Shown here: in pieces, positions 29,827 to 39,397 of the stretch
Position numbering within the stretch: position 1 is the first letter of the stretch
Layout of the letters: the number at the start of each line of letters is the position of its first letter
Origin: Mycobacteriales bacterium
GTDB taxonomy: Bacteria; Actinomycetota; Actinomycetes; Mycobacteriales; QHCE01
Direction: 5' to 3'
Length of the DNA: 53,420 nt
Assembly (NCBI GenBank): GCA_036268755.1
Contig: DATATO010000122.1
Location: 1-53,420, forward strand
Translations under genes and position numbers: made by a program
Notes under the pieces: generated by a model
Seen by the model: only the letters and a program-made list of their open reading frames with translations
Databases searched by the model: none
Told to the model about the DNA's origin: nothing

Positions 29827-29943
29827 GCGCTTGTGAGTTGGCCCCTGCCGGCGTTCTCGTCGCCTCGTGTACCCATTCCGTTGGCGCTCCATTTTCGTAC
29901 ACGGCGGCTCCTGCGGCCTTGGCAGGAACCAACTCACAAGCGC
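29827..29943. repeat. 117-nt long-stem inverted repeat in the convergent gap before lexA; contains copy 2 of the 42-nt block
   Basis: GCGCTTGTGAGTTGG (29827-41) pairs with CCAACTCACAAGCGC (29929-43). CCTGCC pairs with GGCAGG inside that, and CGTGTAC pairs with GTACACG further in. Confidence 0.6.
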
Positions 29944-29949
29944 TAGTTT

Positions 29950-30648
29950 CTATAGCCGCCGAAGGACGCTGACGACCTTTCCTAGGATCGTTGCCTCGTC
30001 GGCGGGGATGGGCTCGTAACTGCTGTTGCGGGGGAGTAGCCAGGCGTGACCGTCCCTGCGCTGGAACACCTTTACGGTGGCTTCGCCGTCGATCATCCCC
30101 GCCACGATCTCGCCGTTGTTTACTTCCGGCTGCTGCCGGACGACGACCCAGTCGCCGTCGCAGATTGCGGCCTCGACCATAGAATCCCCAACTACCTTGA
30201 GCGAGAACAGCTCGCCCTCGCCGACGAGTTCCTTAGGGAGTGGGAATATCTCCTCGGTGTTTTGCTCGGCCAAGATCGGCCCGCCGGCGGCGATTCGGCC
30301 AACCATCGGCACGTATGTGGGGCGTGGCATGAGTGGTATGACGTTGTCGCCGATGAATTCGGATCGAGCCGGCCCACCCTCCGGCCGAACATCCACGGCG
30401 CGGGGACGATTGGGATCTCGCCGGAGGGCGCCCTTCTTCTGAAGGGCCTGCAGCTGATAGGCCACGCTCGACGGCGAGGTGAGCCCCACTGCCTCCCCGA
30501 TCTCCCGCACGCTCGGTGGGTATCCGCGGCTGTGCACCGACTCGCGGATGACCTCCAGAATGCGCCGTTGGCGGGCACTGAGCCGCACAGCATCGGCGGG
30601 CAGCTCCGTAACGGGGCTCACCGGTGGCGTACTCGAGATGCGGGCCAC
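29950..30648 (-). CDS. lexA: LexA repressor
   Basis: Winged-helix N-terminus ([31 protein letters not shown]) and S24 peptidase domain ([19 protein letters not shown]). Confidence 0.93.
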   Translation of the reverse strand: MARISSTPPVSPVTELPADAVRLSARQRRILEVIRESVHSRGYPPSVREIGEAVGLTSPSSVAYQLQALQKKGALRRDPNRPRAVDVRPEGGPARSEFIGDNVIPLMPRPTYVPMVGRIAAGGPILAEQNTEEIFPLPKELVGEGELFSLKVVGDSMVEAAICDGDWVVVRQQPEVNNGEIVAGMIDGEATVKVFQRRDGHAWLLPRNSSYEPIPADEATILGKVVSVLRRL

Positions 30649-30791
30649 GGAGGGGCTCCTTCCACAGTGGATCGATGGTGTCTACGGCAGTTTAACGCCG
30701 GACACGGACAGTAAAGCAAACATATGTACGAAAAATTTTGGCACACGCCGGGCGTCGGCTGGATTTTGTCATACCCAAGGTGTCTACTCCT

Positions 30792-30822
30792 CGTACGGGT
30801 GTTCGATCGAACACATGTCCTA
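30792..30822. promoter_or_regulatory. two adjacent imperfect SOS boxes in the lexA / LysM divergent region
   Basis: GTAC-GGGT-GTTC and GAAC-ACAT-GTCC, each one mismatch from GAAC-N4-GTTC. A third, weaker AAAC-ATAT-GTAC lies at 30718-30729. Confidence 0.55.
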
Positions 30823-30838
30823 CCCCTTGGGAGTTGAG

Positions 30839-31423
30839 ATGCCAGCCACCTACGCCGCCTCCTCTCGGCCTCGGCTGTACCTAGTTCCACCCCTTGAGCA
30901 ATCCTTGCCTATCCGACAGCGCCGCCGGATCTCGAGCGCGCATCCCGCGGGCCGCGGGATGCCGCAGGTTCGGTTGAGGTCTGCACCTCGAGGTGCCCGG
31001 GAGCTGTCGGATCACGGGCTCATACGCGGCGAAGCGGTATCCGCTACATCTACACGACCTGCCGCGGTAGCGTCGCCTCCGGCGCGAGAAACCTTCCATC
31101 CTGAGCCGCTGCCTATGGCTCCAGCCAACCGGCGGTCACCGGTTCGGCTTACCCGCCGAGGCCGGATCGTGTTCCGGACATTGATCGTGTTGGCGATAGC
31201 CGTCCTCGCACTTGCCGTAGCCGTTCAAACCCAGGCCGCGATTGGGTCAGACGGTTCGGCAGAGCACAGCGTGGTGGTGGCTCCGGGAGAGACCCTGTGG
31301 GAAATCGCAGCCGATCATGCCGGCTCAGACGGGGTAAATGCCACAGTGCGAGACATCATCGCCATGAACCACCTGGATGGCACAAGTATCGATACAGGTC
31401 AGCGCCTACAGCTCCCGGAATAG
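30839..31423 (+). CDS. membrane-anchored LysM-domain protein (ChiZ-like position, divergent from lexA)
   Basis: TM helix IVFRTLIVLAIAVLALAVAV, then LysM VVVAPGETLWEIAADHAG..TGQRLQLP. The start follows GGGAG. Confidence 0.7.
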   Translation: MPATYAASSRPRLYLVPPLEQSLPIRQRRRISSAHPAGRGMPQVRLRSAPRGARELSDHGLIRGEAVSATSTRPAAVASPPARETFHPEPLPMAPANRRSPVRLTRRGRIVFRTLIVLAIAVLALAVAVQTQAAIGSDGSAEHSVVVAPGETLWEIAADHAGSDGVNATVRDIIAMNHLDGTSIDTGQRLQLPE

Positions 31424-31898
31424 CGGACAAAGGCGAAACCCGACGGTATTCAGTGCAACGCCGGCCGGCTTAGCAATCGCTGAACCTAAGGGCCTGACAC
31501 GCCGACATGCACAGGTCAGGTATGGCAGTACTTTGCGAATCTCCTCCTCTGAGGGGGAGCGCCTCACCTAGTCCTAGTAGGGGTCACAACGCTGTCGGTA
31601 ACCCGAAGAACTACCACAGTCGGCGGAATCGCCTGGTCGCGTTCTGGACCTTCAAGGCCCCAGAACGAATTATCACACAGAGCGTTATTCAAACTCCGGA
31701 TGTACCCTGCATCGCTCCAGTCGAGAGGGGTGCAGGTTGGCCGTCATCAAGAGTTTGGAGTAACGCCTGCAGGAGGAGAAGGAGGGCACCATTTAGGAAT
31801 CTCACTTGGATTTGATCCATCAATAGCGTAAGCCGTTTGGGGCACATAGCCGTAATGTTGATGATAGAAGACTCTGCCCTGCGCAATTCCGTCGACCG

Positions 31899-32114
31899 TC
31901 ATCTGGCAATCGATCGTCGCTTTATCATAAACTTGGTGTGATCGATTGGGTCATCGTACGAGTATGGACCGCTGCGAATATCGACATTGCCTTGGGTGAA
32001 GTGTATGAGGTAAGAGGTGGTATCGGAATACGCTGGGGCACTCGCCCCAATCAGTGTGCTCATAGCCACAAGTGCTAAAGCACCTATTTTCAACGAGGCG
32101 AGATTCCAATTCAT
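31899..32114 (-). CDS. small secreted protein, possibly a truncated SH3b-like fragment
   Basis: Signal peptide (ALALVAMSTLIGASAPAYS), then GNVDIRSGPYSY. AT-rich codons. The same frame stays open after the TGA. Confidence 0.3.
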   Translation of the reverse strand: MNWNLASLKIGALALVAMSTLIGASAPAYSDTTSYLIHFTQGNVDIRSGPYSYDDPIDHTKFMIKRRSIAR

Positions 32115-32399
32115 ATTTCTACCTTCTCGCGGCTCGCATTACGGGAGGTAATTCATGTTACTTTAGCATAACAATCGCCCCCTCTTGCTATGCCGCTTGT
32201 GAATAGTTCTTAGGAAACATCCTTAAATATCTTATTCGCCTCGCTGGGCACGACTGGATGGTAGACCGGGGGTCACCCCGCTATACACGATCATGCCGGT
32301 GCATGACCACGGTGCGGTCGTGCGTAGGGCAGTGACGATCCGGAAGACTGTGAATTTTCCTTGCGAAAACCTGGTCCAATACCCGACCTAACAGCGAAG

Positions 32400-32969
32400 A
32401 TACTTTTTCTATCGATATCGACGGTTTCATCGTCGATATCGGCGCGGGGCTGCTTTCATACGGCTACCGGCAGATGTTGGATCTCATCGATGACGCCGGC
32501 CTGACGGATATGGTCGAGCCGGCAGGCGGCCTGCTCGGCATCGTACGCAATGGGCAGGTTCATCGCTTCCAGAACTACCGGGAGCTCCTAGCGGGCGGTC
32601 TGCTGGGCGAGCGGTCCCAGATCGCGTTCCGCGAGATGCGCGACGACGCGCACAACTACCATGACCAACTCGATTGAGGCGATCTCAGCGGTGCGGCACC
32701 TCTGGATAGCGGCGACATACTCAGCTATGCCCGGCAACGTGTGCCGGCGGAATTGATAAAGCATTTTATTGAACGCTGTGCAACGACATGTGGCTCAGCT
32801 CGCCGCGGCACCTGTCTGTTGTGAACCTTCTTTTCTACCTTTCTCGGATGGTCGTAAAAGGGTTCTTCAACTCTCCGGACGGAGTCGATTTCCTGCCAAA
32901 GGGACTGGCAAAGACCGTTCCGCTGCGAACAGCTGCCCTGGTCCAAAGCATCGAGCCACGACACGACGG
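32400..32969 (+). pseudogene. FAD-dependent amine-oxidase-like gene remnant
   Basis: Family-like segments (IDIDGFIVDIGAGLLSYGYRQMLDLIDDAGL.., ..[31 protein letters not shown]). It has no intact N-terminus, an in-frame TGA at 32675 and a frame change near 32790. Confidence 0.6.
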
Positions 32970-33165
32970 CGTAACCGCCGATGCCGTGCAGTGCCTCTGT
33001 GGCGCCGGGTATTTGCGAGAGAACTCCGTGGAGCGGATGATGCGGGATGCCAAGGCGCTACAGATCATGGTCGGGACTAACGAAATCCAGCGATTGGCGA
33101 TCAGCCGTTATTTGGCCACAGCAGAAACGTCGGGCGAGCCGCCACGCTGCGGCGTTTTCGAGTAA
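32970..33165 (+). pseudogene. acyl-CoA dehydrogenase 3'-terminal remnant fused in frame to the upstream remnant
   Basis: [45 protein letters not shown] is a typical ACAD C-terminal helix bundle. Confidence 0.6.
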
Positions 33166-33208
33166 TTGTTGGGCGATAGAGCAGGCCTAACTTGGGTACA
33201 TAGCGAGC

Positions 33209-34453
33209 GTGAGCATAAAGGAGCGTCCGGAGGCGAGGTTGCGCCCGAAAACTGTCCTCCGGTCTATGGGACCGGGTCTAGTTGCGGGTGCTGCGAACGT
33301 CGATCCGACGACGGTGGCAACGATGTCGGTAATAGGAGCTACAACGCTCTACGACCTTTCCTGGCTCACCATCTTGATGGTGCCGGTTCTCGTCATCATC
33401 CAAATCATTAGCTCCCACGTTGGGGTGCAAGGTCGTAGCGACCTGCAACATTTCGTCCGGCGAGCTTACGGGCGCCCCTCGCAGTTCCTGTTGCTCGGGT
33501 TGGTTCTGGTCGTAACGATCATCACTATTGCCGCGGACCTAGAGGCGGGCGCCGCTGCCGTCGGTCTTCTCTTGCATGCTCCATGGCGGTGGTTCGTCGT
33601 ACCGCTGGGTCTATTGACGCTTGCCCTTCTCGTATTCGGAACGTACGACGAGGTGGAGAAAGTATTGAAGTACGTGCTGCTGGTGCTACTCACATATGTC
33701 GTGGCAGCAGTGCTAGCCAATGCCGAGTGGGGCCAGGTTCTCCATCACAGCATCATGCCCACCATAGGGATGGACAAACACCACCTCGATGGTTCACTCG
33801 CCCTGTTGGGCACGACCCTCACGAGCTATGTATACATCTGGCAGACGATTGAGATGGGTGAAGAGGGCCCAAGCCGCGCCCGCCTATGGCTCAAGAAGAT
33901 TGACGCGGCATTCGGAATGTTCTTCGGAGTCGCGATCTTCTGGTTCATCCTCGTGGCGACCGGAGCCACCCTCGGCGTTCATCATGAACATGTAGAAACG
34001 GCTCAAGACGCGGCGCGTGCATTGCGTCCCGTTGCCGGCCGCTTCGCTAGCTACCTGTTCGGGATCGGGCTTCTTGGATCATCGCTTCTCGCGTTGCCCG
34101 TGCTCGTAGGAACAGCGGCGTATGTCGTTGGTGCGCAGTTCGACTGGGAGCGGGGGCTGTCGCATCGATTACATGAGGCATCGAAGTTTTATGCGGTAAT
34201 AGCTGCGTCAATTATCCTCAGCGTTGTCGTTTCCCTGGTGGGTGTCCAACCCATCACCTTGCTCTTCATGGCGTCGATTGCGGCAGGGATCGCGACGCCG
34301 GTCAGTCTCGCCTATCTTGTGATTGTCGCGTCGAACAAACAGCTTATGAAGGGACATCCGATCGGTCCTTGGCTGAGATGGACGGGCGCCCTCATCGCGG
34401 CTGCGGTTGGCCTTGTCGGTCTCATCTACCTTGCCAGTCAATTCTTCGGTTGA
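33209..34453 (+). CDS. NRAMP-related divalent metal cation transporter
   Basis: About 11 hydrophobic segments. The N-terminal GPGLVAGAANVDPTTVATMSVIGATTLYDLSW resembles the NRAMP signature. Confidence 0.6.
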   Translation: MSIKERPEARLRPKTVLRSMGPGLVAGAANVDPTTVATMSVIGATTLYDLSWLTILMVPVLVIIQIISSHVGVQGRSDLQHFVRRAYGRPSQFLLLGLVLVVTIITIAADLEAGAAAVGLLLHAPWRWFVVPLGLLTLALLVFGTYDEVEKVLKYVLLVLLTYVVAAVLANAEWGQVLHHSIMPTIGMDKHHLDGSLALLGTTLTSYVYIWQTIEMGEEGPSRARLWLKKIDAAFGMFFGVAIFWFILVATGATLGVHHEHVETAQDAARALRPVAGRFASYLFGIGLLGSSLLALPVLVGTAAYVVGAQFDWERGLSHRLHEASKFYAVIAASIILSVVVSLVGVQPITLLFMASIAAGIATPVSLAYLVIVASNKQLMKGHPIGPWLRWTGALIAAAVGLVGLIYLASQFFG

Positions 34454-34521
34454 TCGCCATCCCGTGCAGAACCGCAGCCAGCCTGCTGAACCCAACCGCG
34501 GCCCTGCATAGACTTGTCCCT

Positions 34522-35406
34522 ATGGTTTCCCTATCGGCTGCAAGCGCCCTTTCGACGTGGGTGTTCAACCCCACCGCGGTGGTGGTAGCGGGAGGAGCTG
34601 TCGGGGCTTACCTTGTGGGGATTTGTCGGGTACCTGGGTGGTCGTGGTACCGGACGCTGTGTTTTTTACTGGGCGGGGTAGGGAGTTTGCTGTTATTTAC
34701 CTGCTCATGGGTGGGGGTCTACGCCCATCGATTGTTCTGGGTTTACACGCTGCAGGTAACGGTGCTACTGGTAGTCACCCCCATGCTGCTAGCTCTGGGG
34801 CGGCCGGTGACCTTGGCGCGGCAGGCGGTACCGGCTTCTAGCCGATTCTTCGATAGCACAGCGTTCCGGGTGCTCGCGAACCCGTTGATAGGTCCGCTTT
34901 TGTTACCCGTCACGTTGGGTCTGGTCTTCTTCACTTCTGTCCTGCCGGTGACCGCGCAATCAAGCGGAGCTTTGCAAGTGTTGCAGGCGATGCTTCTGTT
35001 CCTGGGTTTTCTGTTTGCGATTCCGTTGGCCGGTGAAAACGAACATTTGGGATCGTTTTCGCTGGCAGTAGCAATGTTCGTGGGGTCCGTCGAATTGCTT
35101 GCCGATGCGGTCCCGGGCATCGTCGTTCGGCTCCGAACCCATCTGCTGGCACCCGGGGTCTTCGATAGCCTCCGCGATCAGCAACACGGCGGTGCGATTT
35201 TGTGGTTCTTAGCCGAGGTGATCGATGTACCTTTTCTCGGCTTATTGTTCATTCGATGGATTCGGGCCGACCGAGCCGAGGCGGTCCGTATCGACGCAGA
35301 GCTGGACGCGCAGGCCACGTTTGCCGCGGTCGACGGCGAACTTTCGGAGCGGCCTTGGTGGGAGAAGGAAAGCGACTCCGTGATCGGACGACGTCTTTCG
35401 GGGTAA
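34522..35406 (+). CDS. cytochrome c oxidase assembly factor CtaG-like membrane protein
   Basis: Polytopic membrane protein resembling the Caa3_CtaG family (WSWYRTLCFLLGG.., LFWVYTLQVTVLLVVTPMLLALGRP). Start at the ATG at 34522. Confidence 0.45.
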   Translation: MVSLSAASALSTWVFNPTAVVVAGGAVGAYLVGICRVPGWSWYRTLCFLLGGVGSLLLFTCSWVGVYAHRLFWVYTLQVTVLLVVTPMLLALGRPVTLARQAVPASSRFFDSTAFRVLANPLIGPLLLPVTLGLVFFTSVLPVTAQSSGALQVLQAMLLFLGFLFAIPLAGENEHLGSFSLAVAMFVGSVELLADAVPGIVVRLRTHLLAPGVFDSLRDQQHGGAILWFLAEVIDVPFLGLLFIRWIRADRAEAVRIDAELDAQATFAAVDGELSERPWWEKESDSVIGRRLSG

Positions 35407-35458
35407 CTGGTTCCGCTGACTAGGCCTCGGCCAGGCCTCGCGCCAACTCGAGTTGGAT

Positions 35459-35779
35459 TCATTGGGTCAAGACGTCGAGGAGGCCCGGGAACCGCTTGTT
35501 GAGGTCGTCGCGGCGCAGTGAGATGCGTCGCAGGGTCCCCTCGGCGCGAGTCCGAGTCACGCCAGCCTCACGGAGTAGGCGCAGGTGATATGAGGTGGTC
35601 GAGCACGGAAGGCCAAGCGCGCTCGAAAGCTCCCCACACCCTAGCGTTCGGCCGTCGCTGAGCATCTGGACGATTTCGAGGCGCACCGGATCACCGACAG
35701 TACGCATGATCGTTGCTAGATCCAGCGCAGAGACCGGAGGGTGAACGATCTTCTCTCGGGCGCTCATGGCATGTGACAT
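35459..35779 (-). CDS. ArsR/SmtB-family transcriptional regulator
   Basis: DPVRLEIVQMLSDGRTLGCGELSSALGLPCSTTSYHLRLLREAGV. Confidence 0.8.
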   Translation of the reverse strand: MSHAMSAREKIVHPPVSALDLATIMRTVGDPVRLEIVQMLSDGRTLGCGELSSALGLPCSTTSYHLRLLREAGVTRTRAEGTLRRISLRRDDLNKRFPGLLDVLTQ

Positions 35780-35795
35780 GTTGATATTTTACCTG

Positions 35796-35820
35796 TTTCC
35801 AAACTTATGGAAATTTGGAA
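35796..35820. promoter_or_regulatory. overlapping inverted repeats in the arsR-MFS divergent region; candidate ArsR operator
   Basis: TTTCCA-AACTTA-TGGAAA, overlapping TTCCAAA-N10-TTTGGAA. Confidence 0.45.
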
Positions 35821-35830
35821 GACTCAGACC

Positions 35831-37056
35831 ATGCCAGTTCTCACCCAATCCACAGCCACCTCCACCAATACCCGCCTCGGACGCCGACTGTCACCGGGCG
35901 TGGCTTACGTACTAATGGCCAGCGTCATAGGTCTGGCGCTGTTCGCTTCCGGGACACCATCACCGCTTTACAGTACGTATCGGGAACTCTGGGGATTCTC
36001 CCCTCTCGTGTTGACGCTCGTATATGCCACATACGCCTTTGGTGTGCTAACCAGCCTCGTCCTCGCAAGTCGGGTTTCCGATGAAGTCGGTCGGCGCCCA
36101 GTGCTGCTCACGGCGCTAGGAACCCTCATGGGTGTGTCAGTCATCTTCATGCTGGCCGACTCGGTCATGTGGCTGTTCATCGCCCGCGCTTTGCAGGGAC
36201 TGGCCACCGGATTAGCGCTTGGCGCGGCTAGTGCAGCACTGCTCGACTTGCACCCACGTCGCGATCCGGCTGGGGTTGGTCTGACCAATGGCGTTGTCAG
36301 CGCCGGCGGAATGGGGTTAGGTGTCCTGGTGTCGGCGGCGTTAGTCGAGCTGCTGCCAATGCCACGGGTATTGCCCTACATCGTCCTGTTCGTACTGTTC
36401 ACGGTTACCTTCGGTGGCACGCTGCTCATGCCTGAACCCGTCACGAATCGCTCCCATTTGAAGCTCACCCCGCAGTGGCCTAATGTGCCTTCAACAACCC
36501 GTCGAGCGTTCATGCTCGCGGCACTTGCGGTCATTTCTTCCTGGTCAATCGGTGGGTTGTTCCTCGCAGTCGGGCCGCAGCTTTTCGGAGCCCTGTTTCA
36601 CACGAACGACCACCTGGTAGCCGGAACCGGCGTCTTTGCCCTGACTGGCGCCGGCGCCGTTGGGCAAATTGTGTTCCGGAGCACGATGCCGTGGGCGGGC
36701 GCCGCCGGGGGATCGTTGGCGCTCGCCGTTGGACTGGTGGCGCTCGTCATCGCCGCGGAAGCGGACTCCGGCGCACTGTTCCTCGCCGGCGCGCTCGTTG
36801 GCGGTACCGGCTTTGGGGTGGCATTTCTCGGCGCACTGCGTGTCTTATCCGCGGCTATCCCCCAGAGCACCGTGGCGCGGTCATGTCCGCCTTCTACATC
36901 GTCGCCTACGCGGCCCTGTCGCTGCCCGTGATCCTCGCCGGTGTGCTGATCACACCGCTGGGCCTGCGTCCGACGTTCGCGATCTTCGGAGCCGCAGCGG
37001 CCGTGCTTGGGCTAGTCGTTGCCTTCGACGCATGGCGTGCCCGACCACGACCGTAG
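35831..37056 (+). pseudogene. MFS transporter interrupted by a frameshift at a C5 run (36859-36863)
   Basis: Frame 1 reads ..FLGALRVLSAAIP and then runs into nonsense. The MFS-like continuation PEHRGAVMSAFYIVAYAALSLPVILAG.. is in another frame. One extra C would restore a single ORF. Confidence 0.6.
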
Positions 37057-37267
37057 TGATTCCTATTAAAGTCGGGGGAAGGCTATGCCGCCAAGCACGG
37101 CTCCAGAAATACGCCTGCTGAGGCGGCGGCGAATTCCCTTCCGTGAGCCTCTTTGCCCCATAAGCGATGAGGCACGGCTGATAAAAGGTCACGGCGGCGT
37201 GATAGGCGATACCAACTGGTCCATTATCAACTCGCCGCATTCATGAACGCGCGGCAGTCGTAAGACG

Positions 37268-38011
37268 TCACAGGGTATGGCCCCCGTTCACGGCGAGCCT
37301 TTGACCGGTGATGAATCCGGCCCGTTCGGAGGCCAGGAACGCCACCGCCTCGGCCACGTCGGTGGGCATGCCGAAGCGCGTCGACGGCACCTGGGCGACG
37401 TACTGGTCCTTGGCGGCCTGCGGAACCCCGGAGTGCCGTCCGGTGGGAATCCACCCGGGCGCGACGAGGTTGACCGTGATGCCGTATGGGGCCAGCTCTC
37501 GCGCCCACGATCTGGTTAGGCCAAGCTGGGCTCCCTTGGCCGCCACGTAGGCGCTCGCGCCTGGGACGCCGAGCTCGAATACCTCCGATCCGATGTTAAT
37601 GATGCAGCCGTACTGGCGGAGCTTCATCGCCGGAATCACCCGCTGAGCAAGCAGGAGCGGGCTTTTGACGAAGAACGTGAGCTGGTCGAGGAGATCCTGC
37701 CAACCGAGGTCCTCCAGCGGAATCCTTGGCTGAGGACCGGTCGCGTTAAGCACCACGGCATCCACGGCGCCAAAAGCCTTGACGACCCGATGATGGAGCG
37801 CGGTGGCCTCGGCTTCGTCGGTGACATCAGCCTGGAACAGCTCGGCCCGTCCGCCGTCGCTCACGATTTGTGCCTGAACCGCAGCTGCAGCCTCATGGGA
37901 GTAAGCAAAGTTTATGGCTACGGCGAACCCATCGCGGGCTAGCGCTCGGGCAATGGCGGCGCCCAGGCCCCGCGACGCACCCGTCACAAGTGCCACCCTG
38001 AGCACGGACAT
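37268..38011 (-). CDS. short-chain dehydrogenase/reductase (FabG-like)
   Basis: TGASRGLGAAIA, NIGS and YVAAKGA (YxxxK). Confidence 0.8.
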   Translation of the reverse strand: MSVLRVALVTGASRGLGAAIARALARDGFAVAINFAYSHEAAAAVQAQIVSDGGRAELFQADVTDEAEATALHHRVVKAFGAVDAVVLNATGPQPRIPLEDLGWQDLLDQLTFFVKSPLLLAQRVIPAMKLRQYGCIINIGSEVFELGVPGASAYVAAKGAQLGLTRSWARELAPYGITVNLVAPGWIPTGRHSGVPQAAKDQYVAQVPSTRFGMPTDVAEAVAFLASERAGFITGQRLAVNGGHTL

Positions 38012-38243
38012 GGCGGCAGTGTAGCCGGAACATCCCTGACCTTGCGCCAACAACGTGCAGAATCGAATGGGCTTTGGCGACTTTTCTCGAAGGTAAGATT
38101 GGCAGCTTCATGCAGGTGAGCTGTGCCGCAGATACCGGTTTGTTAGCCATCTCGCCCCGTCTTTAGCAGGGCTTAGGTACTATGAGGGGCTGGCAATTGG
38201 TTTTATACCATCCCCGATACGCCGCAAGGAGCGACTCGAGCAG

Positions 38244-38714
38244 ATGAAATGCCCCTACTGTCGACACCAAGACTCTCGCGTGGTGGATTCGCGCGAGGCC
38301 GAGGAGGGACAGGTCATCCGTCGCAGGCGGTCGTGCGTGAGCTGCGGTCGCCGCTTCACCACGGTAGAAGAAGCGATGCTGTCGGTGGTGAAACGCAGCG
38401 GCGTTGTCGAGCCGTTCAGCCGCAGCAAGGTGATATCCGGCGTACGCAAGGCCTGCCAGGGCCGGCCCGTCGATGATGACGCCCTGGCCCTGCTGGCGCA
38501 ACAGGTAGAGGAAAACGTCCGGGCCACCGGGGTTGCCGAGCTAGGCTCCCACGAGGTAGGTCTAGCTATCTTGGAGCCGTTGCGCGAGCTGGACGAGGTG
38601 GCCTACCTGCGATTTGCCAGCGTGTATCGCTCATTCAGCTCGTTGAGCGACTTCGAGACCGAGATTTCCTCGCTCCGTACCCTGCACAGCGAACCCGAGC
38701 GGTCACTGTCCTAG
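38244..38714 (+). CDS. nrdR: transcriptional repressor NrdR
   Basis: Zinc ribbon [29 protein letters not shown] plus an ATP-cone domain. Confidence 0.93.
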   Translation: MKCPYCRHQDSRVVDSREAEEGQVIRRRRSCVSCGRRFTTVEEAMLSVVKRSGVVEPFSRSKVISGVRKACQGRPVDDDALALLAQQVEENVRATGVAELGSHEVGLAILEPLRELDEVAYLRFASVYRSFSSLSDFETEISSLRTLHSEPERSLS

Positions 38715-38746
38715 CCCGGCGCCTTCACGGCAACCAGGAGTAATCC

Positions 38747-39382
38747 ATGACGTCTCTCCCCGTGCACAGACATGCTCGTTCCCGGCTGTCCGCCGCCACA
38801 GCCATATCAGCCTGCGTTGTGCTGACATTCGCCATAGCAGGATGTGGGGACGGAAAGAAGACAGCACACGGTTCGGACAATTCGCCAATTTCCACCTCAC
38901 GGCGCGCCGCAACGAGCCCGATTCCCACCTTGTCGCGTGCCGTCGCGCCCGCAGCGACCGCCGGCGGCTTGTGTAAGAAGCTCAGCTACGAAGAGATCAA
39001 GCGACAGCTGGGGCTGGATTTCAGCATCGCGGCACTGAACAGCTCCAAGGCGGGCGATACTGCGATCGAGACCTGTACCGTTCGCGCCACCGATCGGCCC
39101 TTGCCCGACCTCGCGCTCACCTTTGCCCCCGGCAAGCTTGATGCCAAAGCCTTCGACGAACAATTCGAGCCGAAGGGCTCGCAACCCGTCACTGGGCTGG
39201 GTAAAGACGCCTACTCCATCGTCCGGGACGCGCAATCGGGGTCAGGACCGGTCTCGGAAGTCGGATGGTTTGACGACAACGGTAGCTACACGCTGGTCGC
39301 GACCCAGCCGAGCGGCGCCAGCAAGAAGACCGCGGATGCCGCGGCCGGCCGCCTCGTTGCCCTCGGCAAGAAGCTGAAGTAG
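38747..39382 (+). CDS. lipoprotein, function unknown
   Basis: Lipobox FAIAGCG followed by a globular domain with two Cys. Confidence 0.55.
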   Translation: MTSLPVHRHARSRLSAATAISACVVLTFAIAGCGDGKKTAHGSDNSPISTSRRAATSPIPTLSRAVAPAATAGGLCKKLSYEEIKRQLGLDFSIAALNSSKAGDTAIETCTVRATDRPLPDLALTFAPGKLDAKAFDEQFEPKGSQPVTGLGKDAYSIVRDAQSGSGPVSEVGWFDDNGSYTLVATQPSGASKKTADAAAGRLVALGKKLK

Positions 39383-39397
39383 CTCAGCCGCCCCGCG

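Noticed and set aside
30766-30790. TTGTCATAC..TCTACT resembles the mycobacterial RecA-independent DNA-damage promoter motif (tTGTCRgtg-N8-TAnnnT) upstream of the LysM gene.
   Set aside because: Only the TTGTCA part matches. The downstream hexamer and spacing do not fit, so it is too weak to call.
33166-33208. Possible IdeR/MntR iron-box-like sequence (AGGCCTAAC) upstream of the NRAMP-like transporter.
   Set aside because: Few positions match the 19-bp TTAGGTTAGGCTAACCTAA consensus in any register.
35441-35454. A perfect 14-nt palindrome CCAACTCGAGTTGG downstream of both the CtaG-like and ArsR genes.
   Set aside because: As a hairpin it has essentially no loop, and it lies on the wrong side of arsR to be its operator. 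It is probably a minor terminator element or chance.
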